Virus record (IMG/VR): IMGVR_UViG_3300045049_000270
DNA length: 64,000 nt
From: a virus
Lineage: Duplodnaviria > Heunggongvirae > Uroviricota > Caudoviricetes
Strand: one strand, 5' to 3'
Shown one piece after another: positions 39,182-49,124 of this stretch. The notes under the pieces were generated by a model that saw only the letters and a program-made list of their open reading frames with translations, was not told the origin of the DNA and did not search any database. Position 1 is the stretch's first letter, and each line of letters starts with the position of its first letter. The position numbers and the translations under genes were made by a program.

Positions 39182-40942
39182 GTGACATGGCGTAAGCATT
39201 TTCGTATGGTAAAGATGCCGGGGCAGAAAAATCCTGGATCTACCGGTGGAAGTCTGGGTGGTTCTGGTAGTAAATTTTCAAGCTATTTGCCAGAAATTTA
39301 TGCCGGACATCCAAATAGAATTCAACGATATTTTCAATATGAGGATATGGATCGAGACAGCGAGATCAATGCGGCTCTCGATACTATTGCCGACTTCTGT
39401 ACTCAAAGTGAAGAACAGAATGATCAGCCTTTTTATATTAGATACAACGATGAAGCAACAGATACCGAAGTAACAATTATTCACCAATTACTTCAGAAGT
39501 GGTGCAAACTTAATAACTTTCGTAGTCGCTTGTATACTGCGTTTCGAAATGTTATTAAGAACGGTGATCAATTCTTCTTACGTGATCCAGAAACAAAAGA
39601 ATGGTTGTGGATTAGCCACTTTGATGTTGAACTCGTTCGAGTAGACGAAGCGGCTGGTAAAATTCCAATGGAATATGTTATTCGTAATCTGGATTACGGC
39701 AAGCAAGATAAATTTGCTACCAAGCCCGCCGATCCAAATGAATACAATACTCCAATGGGTATGGCGACTTCACCATTTACTCGTACATCAAGTGCATCAG
39801 TATCTCCTGGTAATATGTTCACACTTCCGGGACAGGGAGCTGATCCTCGTATGGGTAATCAATCAGTCCCACAAAGCCACGTTGTTGATGCCAAGCATGT
39901 TGTGCATTTGAGCTTGTCAACTGGTATGGATGAGAATTGGCCTTTTGGATCATCAGTGCTGGAACCAGTATTCAAGACCTTTAAGCAAAAAGAATTGTTG
40001 GAAGATGCAGTTATCATTTACCGTGTTCAACGTGCTCCAGAACGACGCATTTTCTACATCGACGTGGGTGGTATGAACCCAGTTATGGCTAATGCTCACG
40101 TTGAAAAGATTAAAAATGATATTCACCAACGTCGTATTCCAAACCGTACAGGTGGTGGCAATTCGATCATGGATGCTGCATACAACCCGTTGACTATGAT
40201 GGAAGATTACTTCTTTGCACAGACGCCAGAAGGTCGCGGCTCTAAGGTAGAAACATTGCCTGGAGGTGATAACCTTGGTGAGATTTCAGACTTGGAATTC
40301 TTTAATAAGAAACTACGTGCTGGTTTGCGTATTCCATCATCATACTTGCCTGGTGGAGAAGATAATCAACAGATTGCCTACAACGACGGTAAGATGGGGG
40401 CGGCAATGATTCAGGAATTCCGTTTCAACAAATATTGTATGCGTTTGCAGAATATGCTCGCGCCAGTATTTGATAAGGAATTCAAATTGTTTATTAAAGA
40501 AAACGGCATTCAAATTGAAGAAAGCCTTTTCGAAATGCTGTTCAATCCACCACAAAACTTCACAAAATATCGCCAGATTGAACTCGATGCGGCACAAATG
40601 AATGTGTATGCCCAAGTTGCTGACAATAAACGATTGGCAGAACGTTTCAAGTTGAAGCGTTTCTTGAATCTTACTGATGAAGAGATTCTGGAAAATGAAC
40701 GTATGTGGGCTGAAGAAAACCCACAAAAAATGAAGAGTGCAATTGGTACCACCTCAGCAGATGCAAATCCACCTGATGGATTAAGTTCTGTGGGTGTTAG
40801 TTCTTCCGCTGGTGACGACTTCGGCGATATGGGAGATGATAATCTCGAGGACACCACATCTGAAGAGGGTGGTGAAGAAAATAATACTGAGGAAGGTGGT
40901 TCTGAAGGAGTAGGAGCAATACCCCCAGAAGGAGAAGAATAA
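39182..40942 (+). CDS. gp20: Portal protein
   Basis: LEDAVIIYRVQRAPERRIFYIDVG, EDYFF, GRGSKVETLPGG and LRIPSSYL motifs. Confidence 0.95.
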   Translation: MTWRKHFRMVKMPGQKNPGSTGGSLGGSGSKFSSYLPEIYAGHPNRIQRYFQYEDMDRDSEINAALDTIADFCTQSEEQNDQPFYIRYNDEATDTEVTIIHQLLQKWCKLNNFRSRLYTAFRNVIKNGDQFFLRDPETKEWLWISHFDVELVRVDEAAGKIPMEYVIRNLDYGKQDKFATKPADPNEYNTPMGMATSPFTRTSSASVSPGNMFTLPGQGADPRMGNQSVPQSHVVDAKHVVHLSLSTGMDENWPFGSSVLEPVFKTFKQKELLEDAVIIYRVQRAPERRIFYIDVGGMNPVMANAHVEKIKNDIHQRRIPNRTGGGNSIMDAAYNPLTMMEDYFFAQTPEGRGSKVETLPGGDNLGEISDLEFFNKKLRAGLRIPSSYLPGGEDNQQIAYNDGKMGAAMIQEFRFNKYCMRLQNMLAPVFDKEFKLFIKENGIQIEESLFEMLFNPPQNFTKYRQIELDAAQMNVYAQVADNKRLAERFKLKRFLNLTDEEILENERMWAEENPQKMKSAIGTTSADANPPDGLSSVGVSSSAGDDFGDMGDDNLEDTTSEEGGEENNTEEGGSEGVGAIPPEGEE

Positions 40943-41172
40943 TGGAAACTGACGATTTTAATAATGATTTGCCAACAAATTATGACCCAGATTCTGACGA
41001 ATTGGGAGCAGCAGATATTATGGATACGCGTAAAGATCGTCTAACGCTTCGAGATCTAAATCGTCTCAAGAAACTTCGTGCTTTTCGCAAGTTAGAAATG
41101 TTGAAGCGACAAGATACATTGGCTGCAATCTATGGCCAAGGTGGTGGTGAAGAAGACGAAGGCGGATTCTAA
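40942..41172 (+). CDS. Small head-region protein
   Basis: 76 aa coupled to portal; TRK.RLTLRDLNRLKK..R...IYG. Confidence 0.75.
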   Translation: METDDFNNDLPTNYDPDSDELGAADIMDTRKDRLTLRDLNRLKKLRAFRKLEMLKRQDTLAAIYGQGGGEEDEGGF

Positions 41173-41182
41173 AATCCACAAC

Positions 41183-41218
41183 AATAAAATGGCGAGGGAA
41201 TTCCCTCGCCATTTTATT
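41183..41218. terminator. Perfect 36-nt palindrome, bidirectional terminator-like
   Basis: AATAAAATGGCGAGGGAA|TTCCCTCGCCATTTTATT. Confidence 0.8.
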
Positions 41219-41368
41219 TTGATCTCATCTTATCAATGTAACAAAACCGTAATAACACATTATTTGGTAAAAATCGCGTTTTTTCGGGCTTATGGCAACT
41301 TCGAATTAACTACGAACTAAATAACAAAGAACGAACATTATATGTGCGTTAATTTAGGGAGACTTAAA

Positions 41369-42334
41369 ATGCGTTCAATTTTGGAAAAAGCACTGATCGC
41401 GCTGCTCAACGAAGAGCGTGAAAAGGCAGAAGCGCTTTTCCACGATTTCATTCTTGAACGTTCTCGCCAGATTCATGAATCATTGCGTCAGGGCGAGGAC
41501 TTTGTTCTCGATGAAAGCTGGGAAGCTGGTCTTGCTATGGACGAAATGTTCACCGAATCAGATTTGATCGGCGAAGATGACGACACAGAAGACGAAGAAC
41601 AAGTCAACGAATTCGCTAACGATGGCGAAGAAGATGGCGAAGAAATTTCAGCAGATGCTGAAGCAGATGCAGACGACGAAGCAGCAGACGATGCCGCTGA
41701 AGATTCAGCAATCGATGCAGAAGATGACGTCGTAGGTGACGAAGAAGGTATCGAAGCACGCGTCGATGACCTCGAAGCAGAATTGACACGTCTGGCCGCA
41801 GAGTTCGATGAACTTGTAGCTGGTGAAGACGAAGTTATTGATGATGTTCGTGGTGATCTAGAAGGCGGTGAATTTGGTCCAGAAGGCGACGACGTTGTTG
41901 GTGGTGCCGAAGACGAATTCGCAGACGACACAGGTGTTGAAGAAGAAGGTTTTGACCCACTAGGTGAATCAGTTACATCAGAACTTGAAAAAGTTAAGGT
42001 GACCATGGCTGATGGCGTCGAACAAGGTGGTAAGTCATTCACACAAAACAAAAAGAGCCCAGCTCTGCAACCTAAGCTTGGCGACCGCGCACTCAAGGGT
42101 GAGCCAGTCGAAATCAAGGCTAAGGAACATGTTGGTTTCGAAAAAGAAACAGCCCCAGGTGTTGCTGATCAAAAGATCGTAAAGGCACGTAATACAAAGG
42201 CTAAGGCAGCAGATGGTCGTACTAAGGTTAGCAAAGAAGGTGACAAATCAGCTGAGCTGAATGATCCATTGCTGAGCAAGGAAAACGACAAGAGCTTGAT
42301 TGGTTCTACTAAGGTCCCAATGGGTAAGAACTAA
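41369..42334 (+). CDS. Acidic prohead core protein
   Basis: Very D/E-rich centre and basic tail; between portal and protease; ATG at 41369 follows a GGGAG RBS. Confidence 0.7.
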   Translation: MRSILEKALIALLNEEREKAEALFHDFILERSRQIHESLRQGEDFVLDESWEAGLAMDEMFTESDLIGEDDDTEDEEQVNEFANDGEEDGEEISADAEADADDEAADDAAEDSAIDAEDDVVGDEEGIEARVDDLEAELTRLAAEFDELVAGEDEVIDDVRGDLEGGEFGPEGDDVVGGAEDEFADDTGVEEEGFDPLGESVTSELEKVKVTMADGVEQGGKSFTQNKKSPALQPKLGDRALKGEPVEIKAKEHVGFEKETAPGVADQKIVKARNTKAKAADGRTKVSKEGDKSAELNDPLLSKENDKSLIGSTKVPMGKN

Positions 42335-42338
42335 GATC

Positions 42339-42971
42339 ATGGACAGATTTCTAACAGAACGTTTGACATACGATCAAGCAAATATCAAGGTTGAAGCGGT
42401 AGCACCTTTCGAAGGGGCACCAAAGAAACTTTACATGAACGGCATCTTTATTCAAGGTGGTGTTCGTAACTTGAACGAACGTGTGTATCCGGTCTCAGAA
42501 ATCCGCCGTGCTGTTGAAAGTGTAAACGAGATCCTTGTTAGAGGTGAAAGCGTTCTGGGTGAAGCAGATCACCCAGAAGAGCTGAATATTAACTTGGATC
42601 GAGTCAGCCACATGATTACCCAGATGTGGATGGATGGTCCAAACGGTATGGGCAAATTGCAAATTTTGCCAACACCTATGGGCAACATCGTAACAACTCT
42701 CCTTGAGAGTGGTGTGAAGTTGGGTGTTTCCAGTCGTGGTAGCGGTAACGTTAACGACGCTGGCGAAGTCTCCGACTTCCAAATCGTAACAGTTGACATC
42801 GTTGCACGTCCTAGCGCGCCAAACGCTTATCCAAGAGCGGTTTACGAAGCTAAGAATAGCAAGCGCGGTGCAATTATCGAAGATCTAGCTCATGCCGTAA
42901 TGCATGATGAAAAGGCTAAGAAGCACTTACAAAAAGAGCTTCTGGATTGGATCAAAAATTTGAAAGCCTAA
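42339..42971 (+). CDS. gp21: Prohead protease
   Basis: GIFIQ..RNLNERVYP, LGEADHP, LGVSSRGSG and DIVARPSAPNAY; start reassigned to ATG 42339. Confidence 0.93.
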   Translation: MDRFLTERLTYDQANIKVEAVAPFEGAPKKLYMNGIFIQGGVRNLNERVYPVSEIRRAVESVNEILVRGESVLGEADHPEELNINLDRVSHMITQMWMDGPNGMGKLQILPTPMGNIVTTLLESGVKLGVSSRGSGNVNDAGEVSDFQIVTVDIVARPSAPNAYPRAVYEAKNSKRGAIIEDLAHAVMHDEKAKKHLQKELLDWIKNLKA

Positions 42972-42983
42972 TTGGAGTGGTCC

Positions 42984-44408
42984 ATGGATAACATTGTTAA
43001 AAAGTTGTTTGAAGCTGGATTGCTCAGTGAGGAAGACACAAAGTCATTGCAAGAAAGTTTTGACGCTCGTGTTCAAGAAGCTACGTCAGGTCTTCGCGAA
43101 TCTCTGGAAACACAGATCCGTGAAGAAATGGCACAACGTTTTGAACATGACAAGTCAACATTGGTAGAAGCAATGGATCGTATGCTCACTGATGTAGTTC
43201 AGAAAGTTGAGGAACAGCGCGCAAGCGAGATTGCTCAACTGCGTGAAGCTCGTGAACGTTACGATGCAGCCGTTAAGGAAGCTCGTGATACTTACAAGAC
43301 TCGCGTTCAGGAACACGCCCAAGTTTTGGAATCCTTCGTTATGAAGAAGCTCGGTTCAGAATTGGCCGAATTCAACGAAGATAAGAATGCAGTTGCCGAA
43401 ATGCGTATCAAGCTGGCTACACAAGTAGCAGAAGGCAAAGATATGTACAAAGCACGTCTGAAAGAGCATATGGCTCTGATGCGTGATTTCGTGTTGGAAA
43501 AGCTGGCTGGTGAATTGGCGCAAGTCAAAGAACAAGCTAAAGCTCTCGAAGCTGAACGCGCAGCTATTGTTGCCGAATCAGCAGAACACAAGGCTGCTCT
43601 CGAAGAAGCTTACACACAACGCATCAAGCAAATTGATGAGTTTACTGTTCGTCAAGTTTCTAAAGAACTGCGTGAATTCCAAGAAGACAAGCGTGCCCTA
43701 GTGGAAAAGCGTGTTCAGCTAGTTGCTGAGTCACGTAAAAAGTTGGCTGAAACACAACGTGAGTTTGTGGCGACAGCAGCTAAGATGGTTGACAAACAAG
43801 TCACAGAAACATTGAAGGCTGAATTGACACAATTGCACGAAGAACTCGAAAAGAATCGTCAGAATGCGTTCGGACGTCGCATTTTCGAAGCAGTAGCAGC
43901 TGAGTTTATGACAAGCTATTTCGGCGAAAGCACTGAAGTTAAGAAGATGGAAGCCATTCTCGAGTCACAAAAGGCAGAAATGGAAGCCATGAAGCAACAA
44001 CTTCAAGAGTCTCAACGTATTGCTGATGCAGCATCACGTAAGGCTAAGCTGGCTGAAGAACAAGCTAAACGCACACAAATTATGGCCGAACTCACAGGTA
44101 ATTTGTCACGTGAGAAGAAAGCCGTTATGGAAGAACTCTTGGAAACTGTGAAAACAACACAGCTTCGTGAGTCTTTTAATAAATATCTTCCAGCAGTCCT
44201 CAGTGAGGGCAGCAAGAAGAAAGACGCTCCGCAGAGCCGCCAACGTACATTGACTGAGGCACCTGTTAAGGAGTTGAGCACTGTTGCTATTACCGGCGAT
44301 CAGCGCACTAATCGACTGCGTGAAACAGTCCAGGCTGAAGGAACAGAACAAACAGCCGTATCAGACGATACAGCCACAATTCTGCGACTAGCCGGTTTGA
44401 AAAAGTAA
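42984..44408 (+). CDS. gp22: Prohead scaffold protein (gp22-like)
   Basis: Long E/K/A-rich coiled coil between protease and capsid genes; ATG at 42984 after GGAG. Confidence 0.8.
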   Translation: MDNIVKKLFEAGLLSEEDTKSLQESFDARVQEATSGLRESLETQIREEMAQRFEHDKSTLVEAMDRMLTDVVQKVEEQRASEIAQLREARERYDAAVKEARDTYKTRVQEHAQVLESFVMKKLGSELAEFNEDKNAVAEMRIKLATQVAEGKDMYKARLKEHMALMRDFVLEKLAGELAQVKEQAKALEAERAAIVAESAEHKAALEEAYTQRIKQIDEFTVRQVSKELREFQEDKRALVEKRVQLVAESRKKLAETQREFVATAAKMVDKQVTETLKAELTQLHEELEKNRQNAFGRRIFEAVAAEFMTSYFGESTEVKKMEAILESQKAEMEAMKQQLQESQRIADAASRKAKLAEEQAKRTQIMAELTGNLSREKKAVMEELLETVKTTQLRESFNKYLPAVLSEGSKKKDAPQSRQRTLTEAPVKELSTVAITGDQRTNRLRETVQAEGTEQTAVSDDTATILRLAGLKK

Positions 44409-44427
44409 TTTTGGAGTAAATTTTACC

Positions 44428-45651
44428 ATGACTAAACTCTTTGAATCCCAGTGGTCAGTTACTAAGAAAGCTCTCTGCGAAGGTAAGGATCTGACACACA
44501 ACCAAGATGGCTCAGTTAACCCAACTAAGAAGGCCATCATGGAAACTGTTCTTGAGAACACATACCGTGAAATCAAGCAAACAGCAGCACTGATGGAAAA
44601 TGCAACAATCGGCGCCACAAACAGCGCAAACGTTGCAACACTGAACAAGGTTATCCTGCCAGTTATCCGTCGTGTGATGCCAACAGTTATCGCTAACGAA
44701 ATTATTGGTGTTCAGCCAATGACTGGTCCAGTTGCACAAATCCACACACTGCGCGTTCGCTATGCTGACACAGTGCAAGGTTATGTACAAGCTGGTAACG
44801 AAGCATTGTCACCATTTGATATTGCACGTGCATATTCAGGTGACACAAGCAACGTTCAAGCTCCTAAGGCTGCATCAACTACAACACTGGAAGGTGTTGC
44901 TGGTAAGCGTCTGAGCATCCAGATCGTTAAGGAAGTTGTTGAAGCTAAGACACGTAAGCTGTCAGCACGTTGGACATTCGAAGCTGCGCAAGATGCACAA
45001 GCACAGCAAGGTATTGACATCGAAGCTGAAATTATGGCTGCGTTGGCACAAGAAATCACAGCAGAAATTGACCAAGAAATCTTGACATCACTGCGTGCTC
45101 TCCCAGGTGCTCCAACAGCGATCTTCGATCAAGCACAAGTTTCAGGTACACCACACTTCGTCGGTGACGTCCACGCTGCTCTGGCTATCTTGATTAACCG
45201 TCAAGCTAACTTGATCGCTGCACGTACACGTCGCGGTGCAGGTAACTGGGTTGTTGTTTCACCAACAGCTTTGACAATCCTGCAATCAGCAACAACATCA
45301 GCTTTCGCACGTACAACAGAAGGCGCATTCGAAGCTCCAACAAACACAAAGTATGTTGGTATGCTGAACAACTCAATGCGTGTTTACGTTGACCAGTACG
45401 CACAAGACAGCACACCAGTGCTGGTTGGTTACAAGGGTCAAGGCGAAATCGATGCGGCAGCTTACTACTGCCCATACGTTCCACTGACATCAAGTGGTGT
45501 TGTTATCGATCCTAACACGTTCGAACCAGTTGTCAGCTTTATGACACGTTACGGCTTCTTGGAACTGACAAACTCAGCTTCAAGCTTGGGTAACGCGGCT
45601 GACTACCTCGGACTTGTAGGTATAAATACCGCTAACTTAAAGTTTTTGTAA
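44428..45651 (+). CDS. gp23: Major capsid protein
   Basis: VIRRVMP..IA.EIIGVQPMTGP; TRKLSARWT.EAAQD; YCPYVPL; FMTRYG. Confidence 0.96.
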   Translation: MTKLFESQWSVTKKALCEGKDLTHNQDGSVNPTKKAIMETVLENTYREIKQTAALMENATIGATNSANVATLNKVILPVIRRVMPTVIANEIIGVQPMTGPVAQIHTLRVRYADTVQGYVQAGNEALSPFDIARAYSGDTSNVQAPKAASTTTLEGVAGKRLSIQIVKEVVEAKTRKLSARWTFEAAQDAQAQQGIDIEAEIMAALAQEITAEIDQEILTSLRALPGAPTAIFDQAQVSGTPHFVGDVHAALAILINRQANLIAARTRRGAGNWVVVSPTALTILQSATTSAFARTTEGAFEAPTNTKYVGMLNNSMRVYVDQYAQDSTPVLVGYKGQGEIDAAAYYCPYVPLTSSGVVIDPNTFEPVVSFMTRYGFLELTNSASSLGNAADYLGLVGINTANLKFL

Positions 45652-45658
45652 AATTTAC

Positions 45659-45676
45659 ACACTGCTTCGGCAGTGT
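45659..45676 (+). other. C(UUCG)G tetraloop hairpin after the capsid gene
   Basis: ACACTGC-TTCG-GCAGTGT just downstream of the stop codon. Confidence 0.6.
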
Positions 45677-45703
45677 TGTAGAAAATACAACAAACAGTCA
45701 AAC

Positions 45704-45732
45704 AAAAACGGGGAACAATGTTCCCCGTTTTT
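45704..45732. terminator. Bidirectional intrinsic terminator
   Basis: AAAAACGGGGAAC-aat-GTTCCCCGTTTTT between convergent genes. Confidence 0.85.
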
Positions 45733-46061
45733 TATTGGCTAATGAATAAGCCCTGTTGTGCCATCTGCCCTACAAAGTTACCTAAATTCTTTTCAACTTG
45801 AATTCTGACAATTTTGTATCCATTCTTTATAGCCTCTAGATTTTCTCTAGCATCCTTTGTTTCTTTCGATAATTTGATGCCTGCTCGTGCTTTATTTCGT
45901 TTACGCAATCGTTCTTTATGTACATCGTCTACTAGGATTGCACCAGGAAACAATGCTCTATATGAGTCAAAGGTATGACCATGAATCTTCAGATGAGTTG
46001 CTGTGATGATTCTAAAAGATTTAGAGCATATTTGGCATATCGGATATGTATCTGTTGTCAT
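45732..46061 (-). pseudogene. Probable internally deleted homing-endonuclease-like gene (Zn finger + NUMOD3-like + DUF559/Vsr-like tail)
   Basis: CQICSKSFRIITATHLKIH..Y...FP, then GIKLSKETK joined directly to DARENLEAIKNGYKIVRI; no recognisable nuclease core. Confidence 0.5.
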
Positions 46062-46108
46062 TATTAAACGTGAAATAAATATTTGGCACATTATACAGGA
46101 ATTTGGCT

Positions 46109-46531
46109 ATGCGCTTTCAAGAAATCACTGAACTCTTTGACAATAGAGCAAGTTGGCATTATACCAAAATCGATAAGAATCAAGTTGAAGCCACATTTAC
46201 TATTGGTGAAAACACGCATATAGTTGGCTTTGGTATTGTTGATGTGAGTGAAGAAGGTGATACTTGGGAAGTGGCTTTTGACACCAATCGTCAATTTGAT
46301 ATGACTGGCACTGGTAATGCTTATACGGTATTTGCAACTGTGGCCAATGTCATTCTGGACTTTGTCAAACGGGCGAAACCATATAGAATAGAATTCTCAG
46401 CAGAGAAAAATGAAGGATCAAGAGTGACAGTTTATAGGAAGATGGCTAAACAATTGGCATCAAAGATTGGTTATAATATTGAAGAAGAACAACGTTACAT
46501 AAGCGTATATTACGTATTGACTAGAAAATAA
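46109..46531 (+). CDS. Hypothetical late protein, possible internal head protein
   Basis: ATAAATA at 46075-46081 and AGGA RBS; begins MRFQEITE. Confidence 0.7.
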   Translation: MRFQEITELFDNRASWHYTKIDKNQVEATFTIGENTHIVGFGIVDVSEEGDTWEVAFDTNRQFDMTGTGNAYTVFATVANVILDFVKRAKPYRIEFSAEKNEGSRVTVYRKMAKQLASKIGYNIEEEQRYISVYYVLTRK

Positions 46532-46558
46532 AAGAGGAGCGATTGCTCCTCTTTTATT
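46527..46558. terminator. Bidirectional intrinsic terminator
   Basis: AATAAAAGAGGAGC-gatt-GCTCCTCTTTTATT between convergent genes. Confidence 0.85.
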
Positions 46559-46832
46559 AATTATCACGTTGCAGAATATTGGCTATTAATACTGTATTGT
46601 TGCTGACATCGAGTATTTCATATTTGCCATTCGGCTCTCGAATTAAAAATTTGTTATTCAATAGTTTAATTGTTGAATGATTCAATGACAGTCGTTCATA
46701 AATCTTTCTGCCATCAGAAATCATATCAACATATGATTTGATGCATTCATGACGTTCTATGATTTCTCCATTTCTATCGAATGCAGTAACAGTCCATGCT
46801 TTGGTAGAATATATCCACTCACCAATTATCAT
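46557..46832 (-). CDS. Small paralogue-array protein
   Basis: AWTVT; ends EILDVSNNTVLIANIL; coupled. Confidence 0.65.
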   Translation of the reverse strand: MIIGEWIYSTKAWTVTAFDRNGEIIERHECIKSYVDMISDGRKIYERLSLNHSTIKLLNNKFLIREPNGKYEILDVSNNTVLIANILQRDN

Positions 46833-47095
46833 TAATTGTATTCCTCATCGTAGCCATACTGCAACATAATTTGCATCATGTCTCCATCAGTATCAAGCAG
46901 AAATTCGTCATCACCAATCAGTAATCGTACGGTTTTGTTATACGTTAGTTGTTTACGTTTATGCCAAGCAAATTCAAGAGCGGCTTTCAACGTTTTAATG
47001 TAAGTATTAACCATCACCTGACGTTCAAAATCTGGGGCACTCACTGTCCATTTATATGCAAGGTCGCCAGTACTTCTTATGATTATTTGCATCAT
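46832..47095 (-). CDS. Small paralogue-array protein
   Basis: KWTVSAP..TLKAALEFA..LLDTDGDMMQIMLQY. Confidence 0.75.
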   Translation of the reverse strand: MMQIIIRSTGDLAYKWTVSAPDFERQVMVNTYIKTLKAALEFAWHKRKQLTYNKTVRLLIGDDEFLLDTDGDMMQIMLQYGYDEEYN

Positions 47096-47346
47096 TTAGA
47101 ATATCTTAATAGAAATGCTACCACGTCTGCATCATCTAATACGTCAAGGAACGTCTTCCCTTCACCAGTATACACACTAATCGTTGATGGATACTTCAAT
47201 GCTTGGTGATACTTCTTCACTTCATCTACTGCTTCTTTAGCTGACTTTACCTCAAAGATATCCCATTTACCAGATATACCACGCCGTAGATGAATGAATA
47301 TATCGTTACCAACTATTTGGATTGCAATCTCTCGATTTACAGTCAT
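47092..47346 (-). CDS. Small paralogue-array protein
   Basis: SAKEAVDEV..YPSTISV..VLDDADVVAFLLRYS. Confidence 0.75.
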   Translation of the reverse strand: MTVNREIAIQIVGNDIFIHLRRGISGKWDIFEVKSAKEAVDEVKKYHQALKYPSTISVYTGEGKTFLDVLDDADVVAFLLRYSK

Positions 47347-47624
47347 ATTGCTTTGAGCATAACGTACATAAGATCACCATCTGTTTCAATGGTGTAAACT
47401 GTTCTATCTTTGAAAATTACACGAATTGGTGCATCTTCAATTGCGATATTCTTCTCGTTCATATGATTCATAGCTGCATCATATGCTGTTCTAAAGTCAG
47501 CAAAACAATCAGCAATGCGATATACAGAAAAACCATCTAATAACAGAGTTTGACGCTTATATAGAAGCCAATGTGGCTTCTGATTTAACGCTTTATATTC
47601 AATAGAAACTTCTGAAGGTTTCAT
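47343..47624 (-). CDS. Small paralogue-array protein
   Basis: HWLLY..DFRTAYDAA..APIRV..IETDGDLMYVMLK. Confidence 0.75.
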   Translation of the reverse strand: MKPSEVSIEYKALNQKPHWLLYKRQTLLLDGFSVYRIADCFADFRTAYDAAMNHMNEKNIAIEDAPIRVIFKDRTVYTIETDGDLMYVMLKAI

Positions 47625-47929
47625 AGTGTATATCGCAAAATAAGTTGAACTATGTCAAATTCATCAAATAAGTTGATTTGAAGAGTTTCTTCTTCGTCTA
47701 TGTTCTTGATATTGATCAGGCAACCCATCATGAAGGGGTGAGTCTTGTATTTGAAACGAATCGTATCAATTACGTCTCTGATCGTATTCACACGAATTTC
47801 ATGACTATCGCAAATGTCATCAAATTCTGGGAAGATGATTGTCCAATTGTAATCTGGATCTACTTCTTCGCTATATCGCTCTACCGTGATTTTTTTACGA
47901 TTATGAGTATTATTTGGTACTACTATCAT
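47621..47929 (-). CDS. Small paralogue-array protein
   Basis: NWTIIFP..TIRDVIDTI..LFDEFDIVQLILRY; start uncertain (47929 or 47938). Confidence 0.7.
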   Translation of the reverse strand: MIVVPNNTHNRKKITVERYSEEVDPDYNWTIIFPEFDDICDSHEIRVNTIRDVIDTIRFKYKTHPFMMGCLINIKNIDEEETLQINLFDEFDIVQLILRYTL

Positions 47930-48197
47930 ATTCTTCAATTCTCAATAACAACGAAATCATATCGGTGTCATCTGCTATGATTTCAAATTCTGATGTATTA
48001 TCATTGAAATCATGACGCACAACAAATGGATAACCTTTCAACTGTTTGGTGACCATTATGGCTTCACGCTTTGATGCAAAACTTTGCAGTATTGTGTTAT
48101 ACCACAATACTGACAATTCTTCTAAATCGACATTAGCAGATAAAAACACAATTGATGTGCCCACACCCAACCAGACTACAGGAGTTTTGGTTATCAT
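47910..48197 (-). CDS. Small paralogue-array protein
   Basis: FASKREAIMV..YPFVV..IADDTDMISLLLR. Confidence 0.7.
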   Translation of the reverse strand: MITKTPVVWLGVGTSIVFLSANVDLEELSVLWYNTILQSFASKREAIMVTKQLKGYPFVVRHDFNDNTSEFEIIADDTDMISLLLRIEEYDSSTK

Positions 48198-48532
48198 TTC
48201 GAATCAGCAGTGAGAATGTGAACCATCGCGTCACTTTCAGTTTCTACTAATTCGAAAAACCCAGACATCCAAGATTTACCAAGCCCTTCTGGACGAACTT
48301 CCAAATATATTGGTAAATCTTTGAAAGCTTTAACCATCTGTTTGGCTCTGAATATCCGTTTAAAAGCGGTGCCAAGAGATTTATGAGTTTCACGCTCTGA
48401 ATCAAAACTACAAAGTCTCATACTGAGAGCTTTGCCATATGCACGCAATGGCAAACATACCTGCCATTCGTTATGACCACGAACAATGACAAGCATTGGA
48501 TCGTAATATTGGGTATAGTTGAATTCTACCAT
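48194..48532 (-). CDS. Small paralogue-array protein
   Basis: EWQVCLP..SLGTAFKRI..LPIYL..VETESDAMVHIL. Confidence 0.75.
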   Translation of the reverse strand: MVEFNYTQYYDPMLVIVRGHNEWQVCLPLRAYGKALSMRLCSFDSERETHKSLGTAFKRIFRAKQMVKAFKDLPIYLEVRPEGLGKSWMSGFFELVETESDAMVHILTADSK

Positions 48533-48846
48533 TAACTGTATTTCAAAATTAATTCAATCAATTGAACATCACTACAATCGGTCAAATCCCCAGATTGATT
48601 ACCATCTTCGGTTACCAATATAATTGGAAATTGTTTGTAATTCTGATCATTTTTTGAATACTGTTCTTTTTGTTCTTTGGCAAATTTTATACTTTCAGCC
48701 AAACTTTTAGTGAAATTAGTGACAACAGATGAAGTGGTTACAACAATTTCACCATTCAAAATAATGTAACTTGGTTTTGCGTTAATCCAATTACCAATTC
48801 TATTTCTATAAATGGTAAACCAGGGCTTAATTTCATCATTCATCAT
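48532..48846 (-). CDS. Small paralogue-array protein
   Basis: SLAESIKFAK..FPIILV..SDVQLIELILKYS. Confidence 0.75.
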   Translation of the reverse strand: MMNDEIKPWFTIYRNRIGNWINAKPSYIILNGEIVVTTSSVVTNFTKSLAESIKFAKEQKEQYSKNDQNYKQFPIILVTEDGNQSGDLTDCSDVQLIELILKYS

Positions 48847-49124
48847 TGATAACTCAAAATAGCAACAAGATGATCATCGTCATTTGCAAGAATATGAGGT
48901 TCTTCACTTTGTGAAAATATTACAATTGGCAGCTTATGATAATAAGGTGTGAGATCCCTTATTATCTTCATAGCGTTGTATGCATCCATGAAATTGCTGT
49001 ATTCGAGCCCCGTATTAGGACCAAAAGCTGGTTTCCCTGTATGTGCTGTGGTCATTAACGGATATGTGAATTTCCAGCCAAATTCATATTGAATCAACGA
49101 TAAGTGAAAAACAGGTAATATCAT
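48843..49124 (-). CDS. Small paralogue-array protein
   Basis: GWKFTYP..NFMDAYNAM..LPIVIF..LANDDDHLVAILSY. Confidence 0.75.
   Translation of the reverse strand: MILPVFHLSLIQYEFGWKFTYPLMTTAHTGKPAFGPNTGLEYSNFMDAYNAMKIIRDLTPYYHKLPIVIFSQSEEPHILANDDDHLVAILSYQ

Noticed and set aside
41488-42117. 209-aa Ser-rich antisense ORF
   Set aside because: Shadow of the GAA/GAC-rich prohead core gene.
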